Positions 41,716 through 51,131 are shown, counted from the first letter of the stretch. The stretch: 64,000 nt of DNA from Pseudomonas aeruginosa PAO1 (GCF_000006765.1 NC_002516.2), one strand, 5' to 3'. Notes: a model not told the origin generated them from the letters alone. Translations and numbers: made by a program.

Positions 41716-43668
41716 ATGAAAACCACAAGAAAACCGAAAGTCCCCTTGAACCAGGCCACGCGCAACCGCCTGCTCGACGAAGCGGTCGACGACTACGCGA
41801 TCCACACCCTGGACAGCGCTGGCCATATCGCCAGCTGGAGCGCCGGCGCGGCGCGCCTGTTCGGCCACGACGCGAGCGAGATCCTCGGCCGCGACTACGC
41901 CTGCTTTCATACCCGCAAGGACCGCGACGCCGGCGTTCCGCAACAGGCGCTGCGCCAGGCGGATGCCGAGGGCCGCTTCGAGACCGAGGGCTGGCGGGTG
42001 CGCAGCAACGGCAAGCGCTTCTGGGCGCAGGTGGTGATCGACGCCATCCGCGACAGCCAGGGCCAGTTGCTCGGCTTCGCCCAGCTGATCCACGACCTCA
42101 GCGAAGGGCGCGCGGCCAAGGAGGCGCTGCGGCGCAGCCAGGAGCAGTTCCGCCTGCTGGTGCAGAGCGTTACCGACTACGCCATCTACATGCTCGACCA
42201 CCGCGGGCGGATCACCAACTGGAACCTCGGCGCCCAGCGGATCAAGGGCTACCTGCCGGAAGAGGTGATCGGCCGGCACTTCTCCTGCTTCTACACCCCC
42301 GAAGACCGCGAGGCCGGCGAACCGGCCCGCGGCCTGGCCGCCGCCGAACGCGAAGGGCGTTTCGAGAAGGAAGGCTGGCGGGTGCGCAAGGACGGCAGTC
42401 GCTTCTGGGCCAACGTGGTGATCGATCCGATCCGCGACAGCGATGGCCGGCTGATCGGCTTCGCCAAGGTAACCCGTGACATCACCCACCGGATCGAAGC
42501 CGAACGCGAACTGGAACGGGCCCGCCAGGAGCTGTTCCAGGCCCAGAAGATGGAGTCCCTGGGGCACCTCACCGGCGGCGTGGCCCACGACTTCAACAAC
42601 CTGCTGACGGTAATCATCGGCAGCCTCGGGCTGCTGAAGAAACGCCTGCCCGGCGACCAGCGCACCGCCGACCTCTTGCAGAACGCCCTGGAGGCCGCCC
42701 AGCGCGGCGCCAACCTGACCCAGCGGATGCTTTCCTTCGCCCGCAAGCAACGTCTCGATCCGCAGCCCTGCGCGATCCCCGACCTGTTGCGCGGGATGAC
42801 CGACCTGCTGATCCATTCCCTGGGACCGAGCGTATCGATCGAGACGCGCTTTCCCCTGGATCTCGACCTCGGCCTGACCGACGCCAACCAGCTCGAACTG
42901 TCCATCATCAACCTTGCCACCAACGCCCGCGACGCCATGCCCAACGGCGGGCGCATCGTCTTTTCCGCGAGCAACCAGCGGGTGCCGGCGGACAATCCCC
43001 ATCGCCTCGCACCGGGCAACTATATCTGCCTGAGCATCAGCGACACCGGCAGCGGCATGGACGAGGAAACCCTGCGCCGTGCGGTGGAACCCTTCTACAC
43101 CACCAAGGGAATTGGGCGTGGCACCGGGCTGGGCCTGTCGATCGTCGACGGCCTCGCCGAGCAGCTCGGCGGCCGGCTCACCCTGGAGAGCCAGCCGGGC
43201 GTCGGCACCACCGCGAACATCTGGATACCCGCCGTCCCGCGAACCCCGGAAAGCGCCCGTACGGGCAATGGCGCGACGCCGCAGCCGCCCAGCGAAAGCG
43301 AGCGGGTGCGCTTGTCCTGTCGAGTACTGGTGGTGGACGACGACCCGCTGGTGTTGAACAACACCGCGGCGATGCTGGAGGACCTCGGTTGCTCGGTACT
43401 CAAGGCCGACTCCGGCAGCCTGGCCCTGGAGATTCTCACGGCGACGCCGGAGCTGGACATCCTCCTGACCGACCAGGCGATGCCACGGATGAACGGCAGC
43501 CAGTTGGTGGAGCGGGTCATGGCCCAGGGCCGGCCACTGAAGATGGCCCTGGCCACCGGCTTCGCGGAAAAGATCGAAGGCGCGGCGGCACAGTTGCCCA
43601 AGCTGGCCAAGCCGTTCGGCCAGGAAGAGTTGTACCTGTTCCTGACCGGCACGCTGAAGGCCGGCTGA
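41716..43668 (+). CDS. Cytoplasmic PAS-PAS hybrid sensor kinase/receiver (start may be 41569)
   Basis: Two similar PAS-PAC repeats, GGVAHDFNNLL H-box, NLATNARDAM, DTGSGM, GTGLGL, VLVVDDD...LLTDQAMP receiver. Confidence 0.92.
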   Translation: MKTTRKPKVPLNQATRNRLLDEAVDDYAIHTLDSAGHIASWSAGAARLFGHDASEILGRDYACFHTRKDRDAGVPQQALRQADAEGRFETEGWRVRSNGKRFWAQVVIDAIRDSQGQLLGFAQLIHDLSEGRAAKEALRRSQEQFRLLVQSVTDYAIYMLDHRGRITNWNLGAQRIKGYLPEEVIGRHFSCFYTPEDREAGEPARGLAAAEREGRFEKEGWRVRKDGSRFWANVVIDPIRDSDGRLIGFAKVTRDITHRIEAERELERARQELFQAQKMESLGHLTGGVAHDFNNLLTVIIGSLGLLKKRLPGDQRTADLLQNALEAAQRGANLTQRMLSFARKQRLDPQPCAIPDLLRGMTDLLIHSLGPSVSIETRFPLDLDLGLTDANQLELSIINLATNARDAMPNGGRIVFSASNQRVPADNPHRLAPGNYICLSISDTGSGMDEETLRRAVEPFYTTKGIGRGTGLGLSIVDGLAEQLGGRLTLESQPGVGTTANIWIPAVPRTPESARTGNGATPQPPSESERVRLSCRVLVVDDDPLVLNNTAAMLEDLGCSVLKADSGSLALEILTATPELDILLTDQAMPRMNGSQLVERVMAQGRPLKMALATGFAEKIEGAAAQLPKLAKPFGQEELYLFLTGTLKAG

Positions 43669-43671
43669 GCC

Positions 43672-44280
43672 TCAGCGCAGGTACTCGCCGCTGCCGGCCA
43701 GGCTTTGCCCCCAGAGCTCGATGAAGATGAAGGCGGTGGTCAGCAGGGTCAGGAAGCCGACGCCGAGGATGCAGAAGGCGTAGAACAATGTCTGCCGCTC
43801 CTGCATGCGCATGAACAGCGGCAGGCCGGTGAACAGCAGGCGTACCGAGTAGGCGCAGGCAGCCGCCGCGGCCAGCAGCAGGAGGATCCGCCAGGGCACC
43901 AGGGCGACGATCCCGGCGAGCATCAAGGGCACGGCGATCGCCGTGGTGAAGGTCAGGCTGCCCGGTACGCTGGGGCGCGACGGCGTGCGGAACAGCACCC
44001 AGCGTACGAATAAGCCCATGATCACCACGCCGGCGACGAAGCCCAGGTAACACATCGTCGCCAGCAGCAGGGCGCTGCCGCTGGAGAGGTGTTGCACGCT
44101 GTCGTTGCCCGGCAGCGACCAGCCGACCTGGGTAGTGCCGATGAACAGGCAGGCCGCCGGCAGCAGCGGCAATAGCAACAGCGGAACGAGGAAGGCGAAA
44201 GGGTGATGGTCGTAGTCCTGGCGCAGACGAGGCCAGGCATTGGAGGGACTGATCAGTAGCCGAGCCATTTCGCGGGTCAT
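43672..44280 (-). CDS. Yip1 family membrane protein, 202 aa
   Basis: LLISPSNAW, five hydrophobic helices, YSVRLLFTGLPLFM; AGAGGTG RBS. Confidence 0.8.
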   Translation of the reverse strand: MTREMARLLISPSNAWPRLRQDYDHHPFAFLVPLLLLPLLPAACLFIGTTQVGWSLPGNDSVQHLSSGSALLLATMCYLGFVAGVVIMGLFVRWVLFRTPSRPSVPGSLTFTTAIAVPLMLAGIVALVPWRILLLLAAAAACAYSVRLLFTGLPLFMRMQERQTLFYAFCILGVGFLTLLTTAFIFIELWGQSLAGSGEYLR

Positions 44281-44440
44281 GACGGGCACCTCTTTTCTGT
44301 GGCGTTCAGGAGTCTGGACCGGCCCGGCGCGAGGGGGTTCAGGTGGCGTGCCGGGCGGTCCGCGACCGCCCATCCAGGGCCTTGAACCGGAAGACGCGGG
44401 GAGCGCCGAAAGACAAACGTCCCTGTCTTCCGGAGGAGCC

Positions 44441-44671
44441 ATGACCACCTACGAAATCCAGCACATGCGCGGCTGGCGGCGTTTCGCCCGCACCGTGCGC
44501 GCCGCCAGCCGGGCCGAGGCGGAACGCCTGTGCCTGCCCTGGGAGTGGGTGGATGACGAGGTCCTCGCGGTGATTCCGGCCGAGGCCGAGGTGGCCGAGC
44601 GCTGGCAGCGCCTGAACGAGGATCTGGTGGGGAGCCTGGAAGGCCTGGAGCGCCTCAGGCGGAACGAGTGA
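44441..44671 (+). CDS. Hypothetical protein, 76 aa
   Basis: GGAGGAGCC-ATG; MTTYEIQHMRGWRRFARTVRAASRAEAE...; 17-nt convergent overlap with the methyltransferase. Confidence 0.6.
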   Translation: MTTYEIQHMRGWRRFARTVRAASRAEAERLCLPWEWVDDEVLAVIPAEAEVAERWQRLNEDLVGSLEGLERLRRNE

Positions 44672-45605
44672 CCCGCAGGCCGACCACGGCGATCCGCTCG
44701 GCTTCGCGGTAGGCGGGGCTGTCCAACTCTTCGGCGAACACGTCCGGGTCCAGTTCCTGGTAGTCCCAGTCCCACTCCCGAGACGCCAGGCGTTCGCGGA
44801 TGCGGGCGAGGAACGGATCGCCGCCTTCGACCATCGCCACGCCGGTATACAGCAGCAGGCTGCCGCCGGCTTCCAGGCGCTCGAGGGCGGCATCGACGAT
44901 TGCCAGCGAGAGCCCGGCGCCGAGCATCCCGCCACCATGCCGGTAGGCGCGCTCCGAGGCATCCAGGAGATAGGGCGGGTTGGCCACGATCAGGTCGAAG
45001 CGACCGGGCGCCTGGCTCAGCAGGTCGCTACGCGCCAGGGTCAGGTTACCGACCCCCGCCAGCGCCGCGTTGACCCGCGCCAGGTCGAGCGCTGCCGGAT
45101 TGATATCCAGCCCGTGTACTTCGGCGTCCGGGCAGGCCATGGCGATGCGGATCGCGCCGGGGCCGGCGCCGCAGCCGATATCCGCCGCACGGCGGATGCG
45201 TGCCGGATCGGACGATGCCAGGTGGCTGCGGATCAGCCGGTCGAAGCGGTAGGTGTCGGGGCCGAAGAACACCGCGTCGGCGGCCAGGGTAGGGAAGGCC
45301 GAATGGACGAACAGTTGCTCGCCGAGGCTGGAGACGCGCACCTGGCTGCGCCAGCCGTCCGCCTCGCGGCGGATCAGGTCGGCGCCGGCAAGAAGGGTCA
45401 GCCAGTCGGCCGGCAGGCTTTCCCCGGCGAATGCCCGGCTCCAGCCGAAGATGCCGGCCAGGTCCCGGGCCATGCGGTTTTCCGGGCGGGCGTTGACGCG
45501 CTCATGGGTAGCCGGGGTGACGGTGACGAAACGGTAGTCCTGGCCTCGCAACCAGTTGCCGAGGCTGACCAGGACGTCCAGGCGCGGATCATTCAGGCTG
45601 GGCAT
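44655..45605 (-). CDS. Class I SAM-dependent methyltransferase, HemK/NPPY type, 316 aa
   Basis: ADIGCGAGPG motif I, GLDIN, DLIVANPPY motif IV, VFFGPDTYRF. Confidence 0.9.
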   Translation of the reverse strand: MPSLNDPRLDVLVSLGNWLRGQDYRFVTVTPATHERVNARPENRMARDLAGIFGWSRAFAGESLPADWLTLLAGADLIRREADGWRSQVRVSSLGEQLFVHSAFPTLAADAVFFGPDTYRFDRLIRSHLASSDPARIRRAADIGCGAGPGAIRIAMACPDAEVHGLDINPAALDLARVNAALAGVGNLTLARSDLLSQAPGRFDLIVANPPYLLDASERAYRHGGGMLGAGLSLAIVDAALERLEAGGSLLLYTGVAMVEGGDPFLARIRERLASREWDWDYQELDPDVFAEELDSPAYREAERIAVVGLRVTRSA

Positions 45606-46965
45606 GGGCGGCCCTCCAGCGCTGGCTGAACATCCGCGTGGCAAGGAGACCGGCGGGTCCGTGGTGGCGGTGCGGGGCCATCAGTTCGAGAAGGCGTGCG
45701 ACGCCCTGCTCGGGGGATAGCCGCAGCAGCTCGCGCCGCAGCGCGACCTGCTCGGCATCCACGTCTCCGCCCGCCGTCGCCGGCTCCGCCAGCGGCGCAA
45801 GCGGGTCCCTGTCCGCCGGAGCGGGGGCTTGCCAGTCGCCAGCGATCCAGTCGTACAGCAACTGCTGCTCGTAGGGAGTGAAGACTCCGAACATTGCCGC
45901 CCGGTCGCCCTCGATCAGGTTCCAGAAGCGGCTGCCGCGCGGATCGGCATGGCGCCGGATCCAGCCCTCTTCCTCCAGGCAGGCGAGAAACGCCGGGAAC
46001 CGCCCGGGCACCGCCAGCCACTGGTTCACCGTGCGCCCGCCGATCCGGCAACGATCCGAATGCATACCGGCGGCGTAGGGGCGCTTGCGCTCGAACATGG
46101 CCAGCAATTCTTCCTCGAGATCGAAGCCGTCGATTACCTGCGTAGTGCTCAGGCCGACCTCGTTCAGGCGGTAGCCGTTCCTCACCCGTTCGAGGAAGGC
46201 CGCGCGCCCGCCAAGCTGCGGCAGGTTGTCGTAGAGCGCGCGCAGGGCCTTGCGCGCATGCCCGCTGGCGGCGTTGTCGATGGTCACGTGCAACTGGAAG
46301 TAGTAGGGGTCGAAGCCCAGCTCGCGCAGCTCCTGAGTGGTGATCAACAGGTGCAGCGGCGGTTGCTCGTAGCCGAGGTTGTAGCCGATCACTTCGGGCA
46401 GGTAGTCCGCGGCGAGGTGGCCGAGGGCGAGTTGCTGGGTGCCCTGCAGGTAGTGGAGATCGCTGAGGCCTTCGACTTCCTCGCTGCCGATGCTGGCCAG
46501 CAGGCGCCGGTAGAGCAGGACGTGGTTGCGTGCCGGGACGCCGTCGCCGAGTTCTTCGAGGAAGGTCTCCAGCAGCGGCCGCAGGCGTTCCTCGCCATGA
46601 TGCGGCAACAGCCCATAGAGCCAGGCGCCGTCGACCAGCTTGGTCGGGGCCACGCTGCGAATGAAGTGCATCGCCTGGGAGGGAACCTGGAAGTAGCGTG
46701 GCCCTTCGCCGCGCCGACGTGCCCGGAGGTATTCGGCATGCGCCTCGGCGGTGCGCCGGGCACCGGCATCGAGCCAGGCCGGCCAATCGGCGGGGTCCTC
46801 CGGCAGGTCGTCGTCATGGGTGGCGGCCAGGCTCAATTGCTGGTCGAGGAACTCGCCGGCGGCTTCGAGGTGCTCGCGGGGCTCGTCGAGCAGGGCGTGG
46901 TACAGGTCGCGGACCCTGGGCGAAGGGCTTGCACTGGAGGCAGGGAGGGGCGAAGACAGGCTCAT
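45589..46965 (-). CDS. Iron-containing redox enzyme (heme-oxygenase-like diiron oxidase), 458 aa
   Basis: FLEELGDG...NHVLLY, GYNLGYEQ, YFQLHVTIDNAASGH ligand pattern; AAGGA RBS. Confidence 0.85.
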   Translation of the reverse strand: MSLSSPLPASSASPSPRVRDLYHALLDEPREHLEAAGEFLDQQLSLAATHDDDLPEDPADWPAWLDAGARRTAEAHAEYLRARRRGEGPRYFQVPSQAMHFIRSVAPTKLVDGAWLYGLLPHHGEERLRPLLETFLEELGDGVPARNHVLLYRRLLASIGSEEVEGLSDLHYLQGTQQLALGHLAADYLPEVIGYNLGYEQPPLHLLITTQELRELGFDPYYFQLHVTIDNAASGHARKALRALYDNLPQLGGRAAFLERVRNGYRLNEVGLSTTQVIDGFDLEEELLAMFERKRPYAAGMHSDRCRIGGRTVNQWLAVPGRFPAFLACLEEEGWIRRHADPRGSRFWNLIEGDRAAMFGVFTPYEQQLLYDWIAGDWQAPAPADRDPLAPLAEPATAGGDVDAEQVALRRELLRLSPEQGVARLLELMAPHRHHGPAGLLATRMFSQRWRAAHAQPE

Positions 46966-47150
46966 GTCGCGTTCCTTGTCGTGGGTTTGCGGGGGCGGCC
47001 GGGGCGACCACACATATGGGTGCGAGTGACACCAGGGGAAAAAGGTTTCACTGGCAGGATCGGCGGCGCGCCGGGGAACCTCACGGCGGAAAAAACGAAC
47101 CTCGACGGCACTCCGGCGTCTTCCCGAGACAATCCCCGGGAGCTGCGCCG

Positions 47151-48284
47151 ATGACCCACGACCTGGCCGCCAGCGGCCTTCGCTTCGGCATCGAGGAAGA
47201 ATTCTTCCTGCTCGATGCCTCCGACCTGGACATCGTCCGCTCCGCCCCCGCCGGATTCGTCGCGGCCTGCCGTGACACGCTCGGCGAGCATTTCGCCGAG
47301 GAGATGTTCGAATGCCAGGTCGAGGTGGCCAGCCCGGTGTTCTCCACCCTGGCCGAGGCCGCGCGCTTCCACGGTCAGGCCCGGCAACGCCTGGCGCATC
47401 TGGCCATGGACTTCGGCCTGCGCTCGCTCTGCGTCGGCACCCATCCCTTCGCCGACTGGCGGCGGGCGCGAAGCAACCCGGCGGCGCACTTCGCCCGCCT
47501 GTTCGAGGACCAGGGGCGGGTGGCCCGGCGCAGCCTGGTCTGCGGCCTGCACGTGCATGTGGAGATACCGCCGAGCCACGACCGCATGGCTGTGCTCCAG
47601 CGCGTGTTGCCGTGGCTGCCGCTGCTGCTGGCGTTGAGCGCATCCTCGCCGTTCCGCGGCGGCCGGCGCAGCGGCCTGGCGAGCTATCGACGGGCACTCT
47701 GCGGCGAGTGGCCGAGGATGAACATTCCTCCTGCCTTGCCCGACGAGGACGCCTATCGCCGCCACCTGGCGCTGCTGCGCGAGACCGGCTGCATCCGCGA
47801 GGATGGCCAGGTCTGGTGGATGATCCGGCCGTCATCCCATGTGCCGACCCTGGAGCTGCGTATCTGCGACGCCTGCCCGCGCCTGGCCGACGCGCTGAGC
47901 CTGGCCGGGCTGTTCAGGGCGCTGGTGGGCGAAGCGCTGGGCGCGGACCCGCGTGCGTTGCCGGTCGCGCGCGACGCCTGCCTGGAGGAAAACTACTGGC
48001 AGGCGCTGCGTTACGGTTGCGCCGGCCGCTATCTCGTCGAAGGCCGCTGCGTAGGTGCCGGGGACTGGCTGGAAATGGCCTGGCGACAGTGCCGGCCGCA
48101 GGCCCGCCAGGGCAACGAATGGGCCTACCAGCATGCCTGCGGGTTACTCGAAGAGACCTCCGCCGCCCGCCAGTTGCGGCGTTACCGGAGGTTGCGCGAA
48201 GCGGGCCAGGAGCGCCATCCGGCACTGCGCCGGCTGGTGGAGGAGCTGCTGGAGGAAAATCTCCAGCCGGCCTTGGCCGGCTAG
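47151..48284 (+). CDS. YbdK-type carboxylate-amine ligase (GCS2 family), 377 aa
   Basis: FGIEEEFFL, EMFECQVEV, CGLHVHVE, LSASSPF, WWMIRPS..PTLELRICD. Confidence 0.92.
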   Translation: MTHDLAASGLRFGIEEEFFLLDASDLDIVRSAPAGFVAACRDTLGEHFAEEMFECQVEVASPVFSTLAEAARFHGQARQRLAHLAMDFGLRSLCVGTHPFADWRRARSNPAAHFARLFEDQGRVARRSLVCGLHVHVEIPPSHDRMAVLQRVLPWLPLLLALSASSPFRGGRRSGLASYRRALCGEWPRMNIPPALPDEDAYRRHLALLRETGCIREDGQVWWMIRPSSHVPTLELRICDACPRLADALSLAGLFRALVGEALGADPRALPVARDACLEENYWQALRYGCAGRYLVEGRCVGAGDWLEMAWRQCRPQARQGNEWAYQHACGLLEETSAARQLRRYRRLREAGQERHPALRRLVEELLEENLQPALAG

Positions 48285-48285
48285 C

Positions 48286-48375
48286 GCGCCGTTCATCATT
48301 CCCTTCATCCTCGGCTACACCGCCTGCAGCTACTACGTATTTCGCGGCAAGAGCGCCGATGCCGGCTATCACTGA
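48286..48375 (+). pseudogene. 3' remnant of cytochrome bd oxidase subunit II (cydB/cioB-like)
   Basis: APFIIPFILGYTACSYYVFRGKSADAGYH*, no start codon, begins right after the ligase stop; matches the CydB/CioB C-terminal motif from memory. Confidence 0.75.
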
Positions 48376-48385
48376 GCCGGGCCGC

Positions 48386-48655
48386 TCAGGAACAGGCGCG
48401 CCCGATCCGCGGCGTACGGCGGGCACCGGCGAGGAGCAGGGCGAACTCGTCGTGAAGGACTTCGCTCATCCGGCGTACCGCCTCGTCATTGGCCAGGAGA
48501 TCGAGGGCGACTCCTGGAATGGTGATGTTTTCTTGCGGATTGACATGGCTGCTGAATTGCAAGGTGACTTCATGGGTATCGCTGATGGAAACCAGGCAGT
48601 CGTAGCCAGCCAGGTAATTTCGGAAACTGTTGGCAATCATGCGGGGCGTAGTCAT
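48386..48655 (-). CDS. DUF1652-like small protein, 89 aa
   Basis: GGAG RBS; YDCLVSISDTHEVTLQF...LHDEF. Confidence 0.65.
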   Translation of the reverse strand: MTTPRMIANSFRNYLAGYDCLVSISDTHEVTLQFSSHVNPQENITIPGVALDLLANDEAVRRMSEVLHDEFALLLAGARRTPRIGRACS

Positions 48656-48948
48656 GGCTGATACTCCAGGGTGGATCGTTACTCTGACCTTAGCCGCGAC
48701 GATACCGGCGAGCGAAACATGCAACGATGGACGGGCGCCTCTTCCAGGCAGGCGAAACGAAACGGCAAAGGCCTCGCTTTCTCCATCGCGAACCGACGAT
48801 TTCGACGGAATTGCCGAAACGCGGGTGAGGCCAGGAAATCTTCTTTCCAAGGAGACGCGCCTACGGACACGCGAGACCCTCGTCGCTCCTCGAACCACCG
48901 GCTTGCTGCGCCCGATGGCGGCTTTCGTCGCCCTCGAAGCGCGCCGGC

Positions 48949-49233
48949 TCAGTCGCGGCGTTCCGACGGCACCAGATTGCCGTGGCCGTGTCCGCTCTCC
49001 CGGCGCGGCCGGGCGCCGAAGCGCTGCCAGACACGCTCGTGGAAATAGAACGCCACGGTGTTGCAACTGGGTTCGATCAGCGCGATCAGGCCGCCGGTCA
49101 GCACCGAGCCGGTCAGCGTGTAGGCCACGCCGAAGGCGATGCTGAAGTGCAGTATGGCGAAAGTCAGGGTCTTGAGCAGGGGCGCCTGCGGGTCCGATCG
49201 CCCGCAGCACGCCCCGATCACCCTTGGGTTCAT
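48949..49233 (-). CDS. DUF2061 small membrane protein, 94 aa
   Basis: KTLTFAILHFSIAFGVAY..TGS..GGLIALIEP..NTVAFYFHERVW; ATGA overlap with the yciE-like gene. Confidence 0.85.
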   Translation of the reverse strand: MNPRVIGACCGRSDPQAPLLKTLTFAILHFSIAFGVAYTLTGSVLTGGLIALIEPSCNTVAFYFHERVWQRFGARPRRESGHGHGNLVPSERRD

Positions 49234-49739
49234 CGCTTGGCCTCGGTGTCCGGCTGAGAGTCGCGGGCAAGGAAGGCCTGGGTGAGTTCCGGCAGATGGT
49301 CGCGCAACCAGTCCGCCATGGCTTGTTCCTGGGGCAGGATGCGTTCCAGCGCGGCAAGGGTTTCGGCGTCGCCGACCTCGCGGGCGGCGGCGATCAGCAC
49401 GGTGTAGGCGGCGATCTCCATGTTTTCGAACACATAGCCGCTCATGGCGCCCTTGACCACTTCGTCGCTGACTGTCATGCCAGCCACCGCCTGGCCGAAG
49501 GCCATCAGCTTGGCGCCGATGTCCTTCAGCGTCGACGGACTGCTGTCCAGGCGCTTCAGACACTCCTCGAGCAGACGCTGCTGGCCATGGGTTTCCTCGA
49601 TGTGCTGTTCGATCCGCGTCTTCAGTTGCGGATAGTGTTCCAGCCGCGCGGCTTGCGCTTTCAGCATCTGCTCGGCCTGTTGCTCCATGGCGTGGGCATC
49701 GCGCAGCCAGTCCAGCAGGTTTTCCTGTTTGCTCGTCAT
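49230..49739 (-). CDS. yciE: YciE-like ferritin-like protein (DUF892)
   Basis: WLRDAHAMEQQAE, HIEET, ENMEIAAY, ILPQE; GAACGC-N17-TCTGA at 49770-49797. Confidence 0.88.
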   Translation of the reverse strand: MTSKQENLLDWLRDAHAMEQQAEQMLKAQAARLEHYPQLKTRIEQHIEETHGQQRLLEECLKRLDSSPSTLKDIGAKLMAFGQAVAGMTVSDEVVKGAMSGYVFENMEIAAYTVLIAAAREVGDAETLAALERILPQEQAMADWLRDHLPELTQAFLARDSQPDTEAKR

Positions 49740-49992
49740 CGCGGTTCTCCTCGGTGTGTATGTGTCTGCTCAGAGGTGGCCGCCGGGCGCAGCGTTCAGT
49801 TTCTTTTCCGACCGGTAGCAGTCAGCGCAGCGGCGCCGTTGCGCCAGGCGAGACGCGTTGGGGAAAAGTTCTGAACCATCGCCCGCTGCGGGATTCCGAG
49901 CTTCCGTGCGCAGGATGAAAGCGCCGCTTCGAATAGCCGTTGTTCGAATGTCCGTCGGAGGGAAGGTCCACGAACCCACAGAGGAACGAACC

Positions 49993-50877
49993 ATGTTCGT
50001 ACATGACAAGCGACTGCAGTACACCGTCAGGGTCGCCGCGCCCGATCCTGGCCTGGCCAACCTGCTGCTGGAGCAGTTCGGCGGGCCGCAGGGCGAGCTG
50101 GCCGCCGCCATGCGCTATTTCACCCAGGGCCTCGGCGAGTGCGATCCCGGTCGCAAGGACCTGCTGATGGACATCGCCACCGAGGAACTCAGCCACCTGG
50201 AAATCATCGGTTCGATCGTCGGCATGCTCAACAAGGGCGCCAAGGGGCGTCTGGCCGAAGCGGTGGAGGAGGAGGCCGAGCTGTACCGTTCGTTGACCGG
50301 AGGCGGCAACGACTCGCATATCACCTCGCTGCTTTACGGCGGCGGGCCCGCCCTGGTGAACTCCGGTGGCGTACCCTGGAGCGCGGCCTACATCGATACC
50401 ATCGGCGAGCCGACCGCGGACCTGCGTTCCAACATCGCCGCCGAGGCGCGTGCGAAGATCGTTTACGAACGACTGATCAACCTCACCGACGATCCCGGCA
50501 TCAAGGATGCGCTGACCTTCCTCATGACCCGCGAGCTGGCGCACCAGCTTTCCTTCGAAAAGGCCCTGCACTCGATCCAGCCGAACTTCCCGCAAGGCAA
50601 GCTGCAAGGGATGCCGGAGTTCGCCCGGCGTTACCTGAACATGTCGCGCGGCGAGGGCGACACGCGCGGTTCCTGGAACGAGGGTGATGGCTGGGAATAC
50701 GTGGAGGCGCCACAGCCGGCCCTGGATGGAGGCGACGGCACGGCCAGCGTGAACCTGTCCGAGACTGAGCAGGAGGTGTTGCAGCGAATGGCAGACCGCA
50801 CCCGCTCCGACCCCATGACCGATCCGCTGACAGGTGCGGACCTGGGCGCTGGCGCGGCTGCCGACAAAGCGCCTTGA
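49993..50877 (+). CDS. katN: Manganese (non-heme) catalase, 294 aa
   Basis: LLEQFGGPQGELAAAMRY, DIATEELSHLE, NIAAEARA, RELAH; GAACCA-N16-TCCGA at 49873-49899. Confidence 0.95.
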   Translation: MFVHDKRLQYTVRVAAPDPGLANLLLEQFGGPQGELAAAMRYFTQGLGECDPGRKDLLMDIATEELSHLEIIGSIVGMLNKGAKGRLAEAVEEEAELYRSLTGGGNDSHITSLLYGGGPALVNSGGVPWSAAYIDTIGEPTADLRSNIAAEARAKIVYERLINLTDDPGIKDALTFLMTRELAHQLSFEKALHSIQPNFPQGKLQGMPEFARRYLNMSRGEGDTRGSWNEGDGWEYVEAPQPALDGGDGTASVNLSETEQEVLQRMADRTRSDPMTDPLTGADLGAGAAADKAP

Positions 50878-50960
50878 GCGCGGATGCCCGACGTCGGCGG
50901 GCGAGTCCCGGCCTCCACGCCCGGCACCTTAGCGTGGAGGCACGGCAGAGGAGCCTCGAG

Positions 50961-51131
50961 ATGACCGCCAAGCGCGAAACACCCGAGACAGAAAACACCC
51001 CGCTGAGCCCCGCCTCGCCGACGCTACGTCCCGAGCGGGGCAAGCGCGACCAGGCGAGCGAGGCGCAACCGGAATTCGCCCCGGACGATCCCGACGTAGC
51101 GGGCCCCGGCGAAGCCCGTCGTCCCGCCTGA
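50961..51131 (+). CDS. Small hydrophilic Pro-rich protein, 56 aa
   Basis: GAGGAG RBS; MTAKRETPETENTPLSPASPTLRPE...DDPDVAGPG. Confidence 0.65.
   Translation: MTAKRETPETENTPLSPASPTLRPERGKRDQASEAQPEFAPDDPDVAGPGEARRPA

Noticed and set aside
48660-48945. Intergenic stretch examined for sRNA, relic gene or sigma54 site
   Set aside because: No convincing hairpin, homology or GG-N10-GC found by eye.
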